In this document: in pieces, positions 1 through 8,496 of the stretch
How positions within the stretch are numbered: the stretch's first letter is position 1
Layout of the letters: every line of letters starts with the position of its first letter
Origin: Candidatus Moraniibacteriota bacterium
GTDB lineage: Bacteria > Patescibacteriota > Minisyncoccia > Moranbacterales > UBA1568
Length of the DNA: 64,000 bases
Assembly: GCA_016182385.1 (NCBI GenBank)
Contig: JACPGV010000002.1
Span: 189,190 to 253,189, forward strand
Reading direction: 5' to 3'
Notes under the pieces: generated by a model
Seen by the model: the letters and a program-made list of their open reading frames with translations, nothing else
Databases searched by the model: none
What the model was told of the DNA's origin: nothing
Made by a program: the position numbers and the translations under genes

Positions 1-11
1 TGTTTGTCATC

Positions 12-1541
12 GTGTTTGATATTTATTGGATTCACAAAGCGTTTTATATCTCTCTTTTTTCTTTGGCGGGGAATCGGGATGTTGAAGAAGGTAAGCGTAT
101 TGATTGGTGGGATCGTTGTCAGAATATTACTCATCCGGAAGCTTATAGCGAGCTCCTCAAAACCCGTATCAAAAATCTTTACGACGGGATGCGCGAGATG
201 TCATTGTTTGCTTTTCGTGATCGTCGCACCGTGAGAAAAGAAATTCGTCGTTTGAAAAAGATTCGTCGAGAAACCCGAACGCTTATTCCGCTTAAAGAGG
301 AGATATTGGATTGGCGTGAGATTATTCACGTAGTGCTTTTGCCGACAGCGGGAGAACCGGCTGAGGTGATCGAGCCGGCTATCCAGTCGCTCGCGGAAAA
401 TAATTTTCCCAAAGAGCAGATGATTATTCTTCTTGCTACCGAGGAGCGGGAAAGTGAGGCGACGCGTTTGCCAAAAGTGGAATATTTGAAGAAAAAGTTT
501 GATGGGGTATTTCGTGATTTTCTTGTGACGACGCACATCGTCCAAACGGGAGAGATGAAGTGCAAGGCATCAAACGCGGGGTTCGCGGCGCGTGAATTGA
601 TGAAATATCTGGATGAGCGACATATTGATTACAAACGAGTGCTTTTTTCCAATTTTGATTGTGACAGCGTGGCGCACCGTGAATATTTTGCGGCCCTCAC
701 GTATCATTACATTACCGATCCCAAACGTCTGCAACGCGCCTATCAACCCCTTCCGATGTACCACAATAATTTGTGGGATACCAATGCCTTCGTGCGGCTC
801 GTGGTGACGGGATCGTCTTTTTGGCACTTGTATCAATCGACGCGGCAGGAGATGGTGACGTTTTCATCACATTCAGAACCTTTTGACACATTGGTGAAAG
901 TCGGTTTTTGGCCGGTCAATATGATTAGTGAGGACAGTATCATTTACTGGAAATGCCTTTCTTATTTTCACGGGGACTATCGGGTACAACCTATCCATTT
1001 GCCGATTTCACTCGACGCGGTGCTCGCCGAGACGTATTGGAAAACGGTAAAGAATCAGTACAAGCAGAAGCGTCGTTGGGCATACGGGATCGAGAATTTT
1101 CCCGTGACGATGCGTGCCATCTGGCCGGATACATTGATTCCTCTTTGGACCAAGATGCGCGTGACATTTGAGATGCTCGAAGGACATTATTCATGGGCAA
1201 CCACTTCTTTTATTTTGACATTTCTTGGTTGGTTGCCGCTCATTTTGGGCGGGGCGGCGTTTCGTGAGAGCGTGCTCGCGCACAATTTGCCCTTTGTCAC
1301 CAAAACGCTTATGACTCTCGGGATGATGGGGTTGTTTATTTCCATTCCACTTTCTCTTCTCTCGCTTCCACCGCGTCCCAAGAAGTATCATTGGAGTCGG
1401 CATTTTTTGATGTTTTTTCAGTGGATACTTATTCCGGTTGTAGGTTTCCTTTCAGCATTTCCGGCAATCGATTCGCAGACACGATTGCTTTTTGGTCGTT
1501 ATTTCGGTGAGTTTTGGGTGACAGAAAAAATGCGGAAATAA
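12..1541 (+). CDS. Family 2 glycosyltransferase, membrane-bound (cellulose-synthase-like). GTG start; probably 5'-truncated at the window edge.
   Basis: Q(Q/R)xRW-like motif QYKQKRRWAYG. Acidic DxD-like region SNFDCDS. C-terminal TM helices. No in-frame stop upstream of position 12. Confidence 0.6.
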   Translation: MFDIYWIHKAFYISLFSLAGNRDVEEGKRIDWWDRCQNITHPEAYSELLKTRIKNLYDGMREMSLFAFRDRRTVRKEIRRLKKIRRETRTLIPLKEEILDWREIIHVVLLPTAGEPAEVIEPAIQSLAENNFPKEQMIILLATEERESEATRLPKVEYLKKKFDGVFRDFLVTTHIVQTGEMKCKASNAGFAARELMKYLDERHIDYKRVLFSNFDCDSVAHREYFAALTYHYITDPKRLQRAYQPLPMYHNNLWDTNAFVRLVVTGSSFWHLYQSTRQEMVTFSSHSEPFDTLVKVGFWPVNMISEDSIIYWKCLSYFHGDYRVQPIHLPISLDAVLAETYWKTVKNQYKQKRRWAYGIENFPVTMRAIWPDTLIPLWTKMRVTFEMLEGHYSWATTSFILTFLGWLPLILGGAAFRESVLAHNLPFVTKTLMTLGMMGLFISIPLSLLSLPPRPKKYHWSRHFLMFFQWILIPVVGFLSAFPAIDSQTRLLFGRYFGEFWVTEKMRK

Positions 1542-1557
1542 AGGAAATATCTGACCC

Positions 1558-1586
1558 TTGCCAGGGTGTATTTTTTGTGCTATAAT
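1558..1586 (+). promoter_or_regulatory. Near-consensus sigma70 promoter: TTGCCA, 17-nt spacer, TGc-TATAAT (extended -10).
   Basis: -35 TTGCCA at 1558-1563. -10 TATAAT at 1581-1586 with TG at -15/-14. Followed by GAGGAGG SD and ATG at 1649. Confidence 0.5.
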
Positions 1587-1648
1587 ACACGGTTGTTCTT
1601 TTGTATCTTTTCGTCAATGGTGACGGAAAGTTTTTTGAGGAGGAGTGT

Positions 1649-1921
1649 ATGTGTTATTCGGTTAAGCCCGGACAAAACGGGCGTATTTCTGGCACCATCA
1701 AAACCTCATCGCCCGTCAAGGTGCCGGCACCACAACAAATCGTGGCTGAGCCGCCACCGCAGTACGTGCCGACGCAAATGATGAGCTCGGCGAAGGGAGG
1801 GCGAGACGCCTCCATGATGTCGCAGAAGTCGGCACGTGCGAACACTCGTCCGTCTCGTCCGGACAACAAGCGGCGACACAAGCCTGACTGGCGCGCCACC
1901 GATATTTTTCGTTCGGCATAA
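1649..1921 (+). CDS. Small (90 aa) basic, Pro/Ser-rich hypothetical protein. Strong promoter and SD.
   Basis: ORF 1601..1921 with internal ATG at 1649 placed 7 nt after GAGGAGG. No TM segment and no known motif. Confidence 0.45.
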   Translation: MCYSVKPGQNGRISGTIKTSSPVKVPAPQQIVAEPPPQYVPTQMMSSAKGGRDASMMSQKSARANTRPSRPDNKRRHKPDWRATDIFRSA

Positions 1922-1942
1922 AGCGCCAAGCGGATTCCAAGA

Positions 1943-1970
1943 GGGTAAGACTGCGGTCTTGCCCTTTTTT
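1943..1970 (+). terminator. Rho-independent terminator between the convergent small ORF and recG.
   Basis: Stem GGGTAAGAC/GTCTTGCCC with loop TGCG, followed by TTTTTT. Confidence 0.5.
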
Positions 1971-1984
1971 CATTGTCAAAAATA

Positions 1985-4144
1985 TCATTCCAAGTGAATT
2001 CGTTCCTCGAATCTTTTGAGAGCATCGAGGAGGAGCGGGTGTTTTTTGAGAGCGGAGTCTGATTTGAGAATATTTTTTGCTTCGTTTCGTGAGATTTCGA
2101 CGAGTTTAAGATTGGCGAGATTTTCCATGGCGATGTCGGGAAGACCAGATTGGCGCGTTCCGAGGAAAGCTCCTGGTCCACGGAAGGCGAGATCAGCTTC
2201 GGCAATTTCGAATCCGTTGTGTTTGGTGGCGAGAACTTTCAAGCGTTCGTTTTCGCGTGAGCTTTCTCTGTTTTGTCCCTCGTGACTTTCTGAGGAAGGG
2301 GACTGTTGGTGAGGAAAGAGAAAACAGCATGATTGGTATTCGCCCCGACCCACTCGACCACGGAATTGATGGAGTTGGGCGAGACCAAAGCGTTCGGCTT
2401 CCTCAATGATCATACAGCTTGCGTTCGGTACATCGACACCGACTTCCACGACGGCGGTCGCCACGAGAATATCGTATTTTTTATTTTTGAAATCTTCCAT
2501 CGCCTGTTCTTTTTCTTGGGACTTCATTTTTCCATGGACGAGACCGATGCGAAAATCGGGGAAAATGTGTTCGGCGAGGCGCGTGTGTTCCACGACAGCC
2601 GCCTTCACTTCTTTGAGCGCGAGTGATTCTTCGATGAGTGGAAAGATAATGAACGCTTGCCGGCCTTTTTTTATTTCTTCACGGATGAATTGGTAGACAC
2701 GTTCTTTTTCGCGGTCGTTGAGAGCGACACTCGTGATGATCGGTTTGCGGTTTTTGGGGAGCTCGTCAATGATGGAAACATCGAGATTGCCAAAAAAAGC
2801 GAGCGTGAGCGTGCGTGGTATAGGGGTGGCAGTCATAGTGAGGAAGTGTGGAATGGTGGCGGGACTACCGTCATGACTGTCGAAACTTGTTTCTTGGAGT
2901 TTGGCACGTTGAGCGACACCGAAGCGGTGTTGTTCATCGACGACGACCAAAGCGAGATCACGAAAAATGACATCGTCCTGAAGGAGCGCGTGCGTGCCGA
3001 TGACAATTTTGGGAATGCCGGCGGCAAGGGCCTTGAGGAGGGTGGTACGCGTGACACTGCGTCCATCAAGGATTCGGTAGCTTTTGGTAAGAAGGGCGAT
3101 GCTTTGGCCGCTTTTGCCGAAAAAGCGGGTGATGCTTTCTAAGTGTTGACGGGCGAGAATTTCGGTCGGCGCGAGAAAGGCGGTTTGCAGTCCGTTTTCG
3201 GCGACGGAAAAAGCGGCGAGTGCGGCAACGAGCGTCTTGCCCGAACCGACATCACCGTTTAAAAGGCGATTCATCGATCGGGGACGTTCCAAGTCACGAA
3301 GAATCTCGTAGCTTGTTTTGCGTTGGGCGTCGGTAAGAGAAAAAGGGAGAGAGGCTACAAGGCTCTTGATACGTTCCTCGTCAAAAGGAATGGGTGTTGC
3401 TGCCGATTTTTCGTAGAGCGTGCGTATCTGGAGGGCTTTGAGTTGAACGAAAAACATTTCCTCGAAGGCGAAGCGTTTGCGAGCGAGAAGTTCATGTTTT
3501 TTACTTTCGGGAAAATGGATGTAGTAAAGGGCGGCTTTGAGCGAGGGGAGATGGAGGCGTTTCAAAATATCTTCAGGAATGGGATCGGGGAAGTCTTTGA
3601 GATTTTTGAAAGCATTGACTAGTTGCCATCGGAAAAAACGTGAAGTAAGTCCGCGAGTTTCCGGATAGATGGGAACAAGACGACCGGTATGTGTGGCATC
3701 ACGTTCGGCGCGTTCATAGGCCGGATTGGTCATAGAGAGACCCTGTTTGTCACGCGATACTTTGCCGCTGAGACGTACATGCATTCCCTCGCGAAGGGTT
3801 TGGGCGACAAAACGTTGATTGAACCAGAGAGCGCGCAACGTTCCCGATCCATCGGACACGGTGATATCAGTCAGGAACATTTTTTTCTTCCATGTCCGAC
3901 CGGCTTGAAGACTGGTTATTTTTCCTTCGACGGTATATTTGCCGTCGGGGACGAGATCGCTTATTGGTGAGAGATCCGCGTAGTCTTCATAGCGATGAGG
4001 GAAATGATGAAGAAGATCATGCACGGAAAAAATGTCCAAGTGTGCAAGTTTGGACAGTGTTGGTTTCTTGATAGACCCGATGGAGGAAAGCGGAGTATCA
4101 AAGGTGAGCATAGTTGAGGCATGAAAGAGTCCGTCTTTTTTCAT
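1985..4144 (-). CDS. recG: ATP-dependent DNA helicase RecG.
   Basis: 719 aa. Walker A GSGKT, DEQHRFG (DEAH-like box), wedge/OB N-terminal region, helicase C-terminal motifs. Confidence 0.9.
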   Translation of the reverse strand: MKKDGLFHASTMLTFDTPLSSIGSIKKPTLSKLAHLDIFSVHDLLHHFPHRYEDYADLSPISDLVPDGKYTVEGKITSLQAGRTWKKKMFLTDITVSDGSGTLRALWFNQRFVAQTLREGMHVRLSGKVSRDKQGLSMTNPAYERAERDATHTGRLVPIYPETRGLTSRFFRWQLVNAFKNLKDFPDPIPEDILKRLHLPSLKAALYYIHFPESKKHELLARKRFAFEEMFFVQLKALQIRTLYEKSAATPIPFDEERIKSLVASLPFSLTDAQRKTSYEILRDLERPRSMNRLLNGDVGSGKTLVAALAAFSVAENGLQTAFLAPTEILARQHLESITRFFGKSGQSIALLTKSYRILDGRSVTRTTLLKALAAGIPKIVIGTHALLQDDVIFRDLALVVVDEQHRFGVAQRAKLQETSFDSHDGSPATIPHFLTMTATPIPRTLTLAFFGNLDVSIIDELPKNRKPIITSVALNDREKERVYQFIREEIKKGRQAFIIFPLIEESLALKEVKAAVVEHTRLAEHIFPDFRIGLVHGKMKSQEKEQAMEDFKNKKYDILVATAVVEVGVDVPNASCMIIEEAERFGLAQLHQFRGRVGRGEYQSCCFLFPHQQSPSSESHEGQNRESSRENERLKVLATKHNGFEIAEADLAFRGPGAFLGTRQSGLPDIAMENLANLKLVEISRNEAKNILKSDSALKKHPLLLDALKRFEERIHLE

Positions 4145-4200
4145 TATAATCCATTATAACGTAAAACCTCCCTTTGCGTTGCAAGGGGAGGCTGAAGAAG

Positions 4201-4635
4201 CTAGATGGATCGAGGGAGTGACTTCTCCGACATTGGTCGGTCGAATTTCACAGGCGGACATTTTCCTTTCCGGAGGGAGATATTATCAACCTGTAATTGA
4301 TGTTCGAGGATGATACCGCCCCGGAATCCCAAAACGTATCCACAAACGAGACTGCGGACTTGTTCGAACTTTTCGTTCATTTTCGATCCGCATGACATTT
4401 TGTCATTATTTATAAGGACGTGAACGTCCCTCGATCCGGCACTTGCGTGATAACGAACTTTCATGTTCAGCTTATTTTCTCCTCTTCGGAGAAAGTTCTG
4501 AATTCTTTCGATCAGATTTGACCGCTCCCTTTCCGTGAGCGGTTTGTTTGTTCTGACGCTGAAGACAATCACGTCTTCAGTTTGGTCATGCACTGCCGAC
4601 ATCTCTTCGGCATAGAGTGACGGTATGAACGTCAT
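4201..4635 (-). CDS. Hypothetical protein (144 aa).
   Basis: ORF with AAAGGAGA SD 7 nt upstream of ATG. No recognisable motif. Confidence 0.45.
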   Translation of the reverse strand: MTFIPSLYAEEMSAVHDQTEDVIVFSVRTNKPLTERERSNLIERIQNFLRRGENKLNMKVRYHASAGSRDVHVLINNDKMSCGSKMNEKFEQVRSLVCGYVLGFRGGIILEHQLQVDNISLRKGKCPPVKFDRPMSEKSLPRSI

Positions 4636-4809
4636 TCTTTTTTCTCCTTTGTCTGTTAAAAAAACACCCTTAAAAACAACAGGATGATGGTAAAAACCAC
4701 AAGAAAACTATAAAGGAGGCCACTTCTTTCGTCAAGGGCACGTGCTTCTTTCACAAATTTTTTTTGTCGGATATAATGAAAAGAAGTTTGGAGCTGTTGT
4801 GATAAAAAT

Positions 4810-5655
4810 ATGGAAGAAGTGTCTTCATTTATTTGTTTTTCAGGAAAAGAATTTGTGCCTTTTCACACGCTTTCTCTCCACCCGTATGATATCGGATTGC
4901 TTCGGGGATACACGGTGTTTGATGTGATGCCGACGGAGCATGGCCGGCCTTTTCTTTGGGAGCGACATTATGAGAGACTGGTTCGTTCGGCGGAATCGTT
5001 GGGATTGTCTCTCCCTGTTGATGCCGAAGCGTATCATCATATTCTCGCCGAGCTCATCGCTCGAAATCATCCGAAAAAGATTTCTTTGCGAACAGTGTTG
5101 TCGGGAGGATTGAGTTTTGATACGTTTACTCCTGTATCCGGGGAGGAGAGTTTTTTTGTTTTTGCTGAACCAGCACATGTATATGCGGATGAAGTATATA
5201 CTCATGGCGTGAAGGTGATAACGCTTGAATATGAGCGACCATTGCCTCAAGTAAAGCTTGCCAATCATGTAATGGCGATTCAGGACCTGCCAAGGCGGCG
5301 TGAGGCAAAAGCATTTGAAGTGGTGTATGTGAATAAAGGCGAGGTGTCGGAGGCATCGCAGAGTAATATTTTTGTCATGCGAAATGGGACTCTTGTAACG
5401 ACGTGGGACAATGTGTTGTGGGGGATTACGCAGGGGTTGGTGCTTGAGCTTGCGGAGGCGCTTGGAGTGATAACAGAAAAACGAGCAATAACGATTGAAG
5501 AATTGTTATCAGCGGACGAGATTTTTATTACCGGCTCAAGCAAGCGGATCATTCCGGTCGTACAAGTAGATGAGACTATAATCGGAGAGGGTACTCCTGG
5601 ACCAGTGACGCGGCGGTTGATGAACGTTTTTGATGAATTCGTGAAGAAACATTGA
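4810..5655 (+). CDS. Class IV PLP-dependent aminotransferase (branched-chain/D-amino-acid aminotransferase or aminodeoxychorismate lyase family).
   Basis: 281 aa. N-terminal pattern F.P......G.LRGYTVFDV. Length and overall pattern typical of the IlvE/Dat/PabC fold. Confidence 0.65.
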   Translation: MEEVSSFICFSGKEFVPFHTLSLHPYDIGLLRGYTVFDVMPTEHGRPFLWERHYERLVRSAESLGLSLPVDAEAYHHILAELIARNHPKKISLRTVLSGGLSFDTFTPVSGEESFFVFAEPAHVYADEVYTHGVKVITLEYERPLPQVKLANHVMAIQDLPRRREAKAFEVVYVNKGEVSEASQSNIFVMRNGTLVTTWDNVLWGITQGLVLELAEALGVITEKRAITIEELLSADEIFITGSSKRIIPVVQVDETIIGEGTPGPVTRRLMNVFDEFVKKH

Positions 5656-5927
5656 AAGTAAAATAAAACCCCTCGTTCGAAGTGTTCCTCGAACGGGGGA
5701 AAGCGATTGAGTCTCTTCCGACGGAATGAACTTCAGCAGCGTCCGGCGCTAACATTCCGCAAATCTTTCCCAGAGAAATCTTTTGATGCTGGAAAGACGA
5801 GAGACCTAGCCTTTTGGCTTACCCCTATAGAGGAGAAGAGAGGGGAAGGCGGTTCGCGGGGACCGTCTTTTGATGCGGCGCCGGGAGTAAGGCAGTTGTA
5901 TCAAAAAACAAGAGTGACGTCAATGTG

Positions 5928-5993
5928 ACCTGACGCATACCAAATAGTTGGCATGCTCCGAGAAGAAAAGAGGGTGCGCTCGGCAGGAATCTC
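5928..5993 (-). repeat. About 65-bp partial duplicate of the tRNA-Arg(CCG) 3' end (last ~19 nt) plus its ~45-bp downstream flank.
   Basis: 5928-5993 is nearly identical to 6084-6148, which contains the true tRNA 3' end. The shared sequence includes GATTCCTGCCGAGCGCACC. Confidence 0.7.
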
Positions 5994-6128
5994 CCTCGAC
6001 TAAACTTTTGTCGTCACAAAAGTTTGTCTGGGCACCGTCTCGCGGTTTCGTATGCTTGCGAAACAACGCTCCGACGTCCGATTCCTGACGCATACCAAGC
6101 AGTTGGTATACTCCGAAAAGAAAAGAGG

Positions 6129-6201
6129 GTGCGCTCGGCAGGAATCGGACCTGCGGCCTTCTGGACCGGAACCAGACGCTCTATCCACTGAGCTACAAGC
6201 G
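6129..6201 (-). tRNA. tRNA-Arg (anticodon CCG).
   Basis: Manual cloverleaf fold. Acceptor GCGCTTG/CGAGCGC, D-arm GCTCAGTGGATAGAGC, anticodon stem TCTGG/CCAGA with loop TTCCGGT, T-arm GCAGG-TCCGATT-CCTGC. No encoded CCA. Confidence 0.8.
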
Positions 6202-6273
6202 CGTTTATTGTTTGAGTGAAAAAACAACGCAATCAAATCATAACGGAAAATACAAGCCATCGCAATTTTTCTT

Positions 6274-6323
6274 GAGAAAAAAAACGCCCCGCGAAATTCG
6301 ATGAGACGAATTGATTCGCGGGG
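6274..6323 (-). terminator. Rho-independent terminator downstream of the Nudix gene.
   Basis: On the minus strand: CCCCGCGAA...TTCGCGGGG hairpin followed by an 8-T run. Confidence 0.55.
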
Positions 6324-6343
6324 CATTAAGTGTGGCTAGTTTT

Positions 6344-6919
6344 TTAGCCGCCGGGGTGTATCCCCGCAAAGGACTTGGAGAGGGCATCGTTGGCGACATC
6401 AAGAGCCATGCGATGCAGGCCGACGAGGAGTTTTTCTTTTGTTTCACCTCGTGGCGATAGTTGAGAACCAAGAATGGTTTCAGCTTCTTCCGGAGTTGGT
6501 GTACCGCCGTTTTTGACTCCGGTCACGACCACGACGAAATGCTTTTCCGTCGATTTGTCGGGGGAGTTGAAAAACGGGCCAAAGACACGGCAGTTGCCTT
6601 CTTCTCCGACGCAACCCGTTTCCTCGCGAAGTTCGCGAAGAGCCGCTGCCTGAGGTGTTTCGTCTTTCTTCTTTCCGCCAGCCGGTAAACAGAGGAGTAC
6701 CTGTTCCACGGCCTGCTTGTACTCGCGGATGAGAACGACTTGGTCATCCTCGGTCACCGGAACCACGAGAACAAACTCACCTCGTTTCCAGATGACTCGA
6801 TCGTCTTCGCGATTGTCGACGCGAACTCGCCAATGTTCGAGCCTGAAAAATCCTTCCATTCCCGAACAGGGCGCAGCGAACGCTACGGGCGTTTTGCCCA
6901 AGATTCCGACCTCCATCAT
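6344..6919 (-). CDS. Nudix hydrolase (ADP-ribose pyrophosphatase-like).
   Basis: Nudix box G(x5)E(x7)REUxEExGU present as PAGGKKKDETPQAAALRELREETG. AAGGAGGA SD upstream. Confidence 0.8.
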   Translation of the reverse strand: MMEVGILGKTPVAFAAPCSGMEGFFRLEHWRVRVDNREDDRVIWKRGEFVLVVPVTEDDQVVLIREYKQAVEQVLLCLPAGGKKKDETPQAAALRELREETGCVGEEGNCRVFGPFFNSPDKSTEKHFVVVVTGVKNGGTPTPEEAETILGSQLSPRGETKEKLLVGLHRMALDVANDALSKSFAGIHPGG

Positions 6920-6960
6920 TTCCTCCTTTTAAAGAGCATCAAGCGGAATGCTTGACTGTG

Positions 6961-6989
6961 TATTGTATCATAATTTAATGTTTAAGTCA
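6961..6989 (-). promoter_or_regulatory. Sigma70-like promoter for the Nudix gene: TTGACT, 17 nt, TACAAT.
   Basis: Reverse complement of 6961-6989 reads TTGACTtaaacattaaattatgaTACAAT. Located 40-70 nt upstream of the ATG at 6919. Confidence 0.45.
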
Positions 6990-7057
6990 AGCCTAAAAAA
7001 TTGACAAAAAAAGAAGGGTCGCAAGATTTCTCTCACAACCCTTATGAACAACTCTTA

Positions 7058-7366
7058 CTAGTCAGTGTAGACGCGATTTATGCTGCGGGTTCGGCCGCAG
7101 CAGAGGCAAAGAGCGAGGCAGTCATGTGTGATGTTATCTTCCTGTCTGCCACATTTCTTGCACCGTTTTGTTTGTACTTCTTTGTATCGCGCCATCGGTG
7201 TACCGCAACAGCGAGTAGACCAGTAGGTCTTTTTGCCGAAGACTCCTGGATTTGGCTCGCGCCGCTCGTTGCCGGTGTTTTCCCACTCCGGCCCGTGGTT
7301 CAGGCACATGCCGTGGCGACACTGACTGTGTGTGCACTTCTGGCCTGCAAGATTGCTATGGTCCAT
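7058..7366 (-). CDS. Small (102 aa) Cys/His-rich protein, putative metal-binding. Function unknown.
   Basis: 11 Cys, including a CC pair and CxxC (CKKCGRQ). Strong SD AAAGGAGA 6 nt upstream. Preferred over the overlapping plus-strand ORF 7001..7495. Confidence 0.5.
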   Translation of the reverse strand: MDHSNLAGQKCTHSQCRHGMCLNHGPEWENTGNERREPNPGVFGKKTYWSTRCCGTPMARYKEVQTKRCKKCGRQEDNITHDCLALCLCCGRTRSINRVYTD

Positions 7367-7588
7367 AGCAGTTCTCCTTTCTGGCTACCTGTTTTCTTAG
7401 GTACCAACTACATATATACACAAAATCGCAGAAAGGTCAATAGTTTTGCGGTGAAAGTAAAAAAATCAGCTCGTTCTTGCTTATTGAAGAAGTAAATTTT
7501 TTTAATGGGGTTTGAAGTTAAAATCTATTTGACCCGGCTGCTCGGTACAGGCAGATACCGGTTTTGCAGATGTTGAAGTGCTGAATTG

Positions 7589-7661
7589 TGCGCTCGGCAG
7601 GAATCGAACCTACGACCCTCTGGACCGCAACCAGATGCTCTATCCACTGAGCTACGAGCGC
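7589..7661 (-). tRNA. tRNA-Arg (anticodon GCG), paralog of the CCG copy.
   Basis: Manual fold. Acceptor GCGCTCG/CGAGCGC, same D-arm as the CCG copy, anticodon loop TTGCGGT, T-arm GTAGG-TTCGATT-CCTGC. Confidence 0.75.
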
Positions 7662-7705
7662 AAAATAAAAAATGTTTTCTAATGTGGATTACGAAGAAAA
7701 CATCT

Positions 7706-8212
7706 TTAAATATGCAGTAATTTTTCCAAAGTGTCAATGAGCCCGGGACTATGCTCTTCTTCCGGTATAAATTGCGAGAGGACATCGCGTAATTCGTTGT
7801 TATCAATAGTGGGAACAGGGATATGCGCGTGGGAAAAAAGTTTTCCTTCAGTATGAAGACTGAGAATATTTTGGAATGGCGGTTCGGTATAAATAAAGAA
7901 TGATTGCACGGATTCGAAAGAGTAGAGCTCATTGCCGGCGACGACGCCTTTTGGGGTAACAGAAAAACGTATGATTCGTGGTTCTCGATACAAAGAAAGA
8001 TAGCCGATAATACCGATGAGAATAAAAGTAATGGCCATTAAGGGGCTATTTGTGTAGAGTGCCCAGACAACAATAAGAACGAGGAGTACGGTGACGATGA
8101 CGCGTGATCGCGGGCCGAGCTCAAGGGGCTCGTGTTCTGGGGCCTCCCATTGAAGTAAAATAGTGTTGGGGGAAAGAGGGGAGGTGCTTTGTTGTTCAAA
8201 AGAATCTTGCAT
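7706..8212 (-). CDS. Hypothetical membrane protein with two TM helices, possibly a bacterial PH-like domain.
   Basis: 168 aa. Hydrophobic segments VIVTVLLVLIVVWALY and AITFILIGIIGYLSLY followed by a soluble domain. Confidence 0.45.
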   Translation of the reverse strand: MQDSFEQQSTSPLSPNTILLQWEAPEHEPLELGPRSRVIVTVLLVLIVVWALYTNSPLMAITFILIGIIGYLSLYREPRIIRFSVTPKGVVAGNELYSFESVQSFFIYTEPPFQNILSLHTEGKLFSHAHIPVPTIDNNELRDVLSQFIPEEEHSPGLIDTLEKLLHI

Positions 8213-8333
8213 AAAGAGTTGATGTTTTTATCCTTGTTCACTATAGCACATTTTTTCTTTTGGTGATTTGATTGGATGGAAAAATCTTGCTAGAGTTGTT
8301 GGAGGGGAATTTGTTTTGTTTGTCAAAAAATAG

Positions 8334-8423
8334 GGAGGAGTGGCCGAGTGGTTGAAGGCAACAGTCTTGAAAACTGTCGTACCCGAAAGGGTATCGTGAG
8401 TTCGAATCTCACCTCCTCCGCCA
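8334..8423 (+). tRNA. tRNA-Ser (anticodon TGA), type II with long variable arm and encoded CCA.
   Basis: GGAGGAG acceptor, GCC/GGC D-stem, anticodon loop CTTGAAA, variable arm CGTACCCGAAAGGGTATC, T-arm GTGAG-TTCGAAT-CTCAC, CTCCTCC-G-CCA. Confidence 0.85.
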
Positions 8424-8496
8424 AGTTTTACATTCAGCGAAATTGAAAGATGTTGCCTCGGCGCAAAGCGCCTCGGCATGGTATTTTTCCGCAATT

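Noticed and set aside
2016-3970. Several plus-strand ORFs antisense to recG (2016..2285, 2333..2626, 2657..3142, 3323..3622, 3689..3970).
   Set aside because: They are shadow ORFs within a well-supported recG coding region. The same applies to ORFs antisense to dnaE (51684..54287 series), clpC/B (23040..23363, 23961..24167), pilB/pilT and ligA.
5656-5935. Intergenic region after the aminotransferase considered as a structured ncRNA (tmRNA/RNase P/SRP).
   Set aside because: It contains a strong hairpin (CCCCTCGTTCGAA...TTCGAACGGGGG) but none of the conserved tmRNA, RNase P or SRP RNA sequence blocks that I could recognise by eye. It is left unannotated.
6000-6326. ORFs 6000..6326(-) and 6014..6232(-).
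   Set aside because: They overlap tRNA-Arg(CCG) and its duplicated 3' flank. Their protein-like appearance is an artefact of GC-rich tRNA sequence.
7001-7495. Plus-strand 164-aa ORF overlapping the Cys-rich gene.
   Set aside because: Low-complexity Ala/Leu-rich translation with no SD. The minus-strand ORF has a perfect SD and terminator and was preferred.
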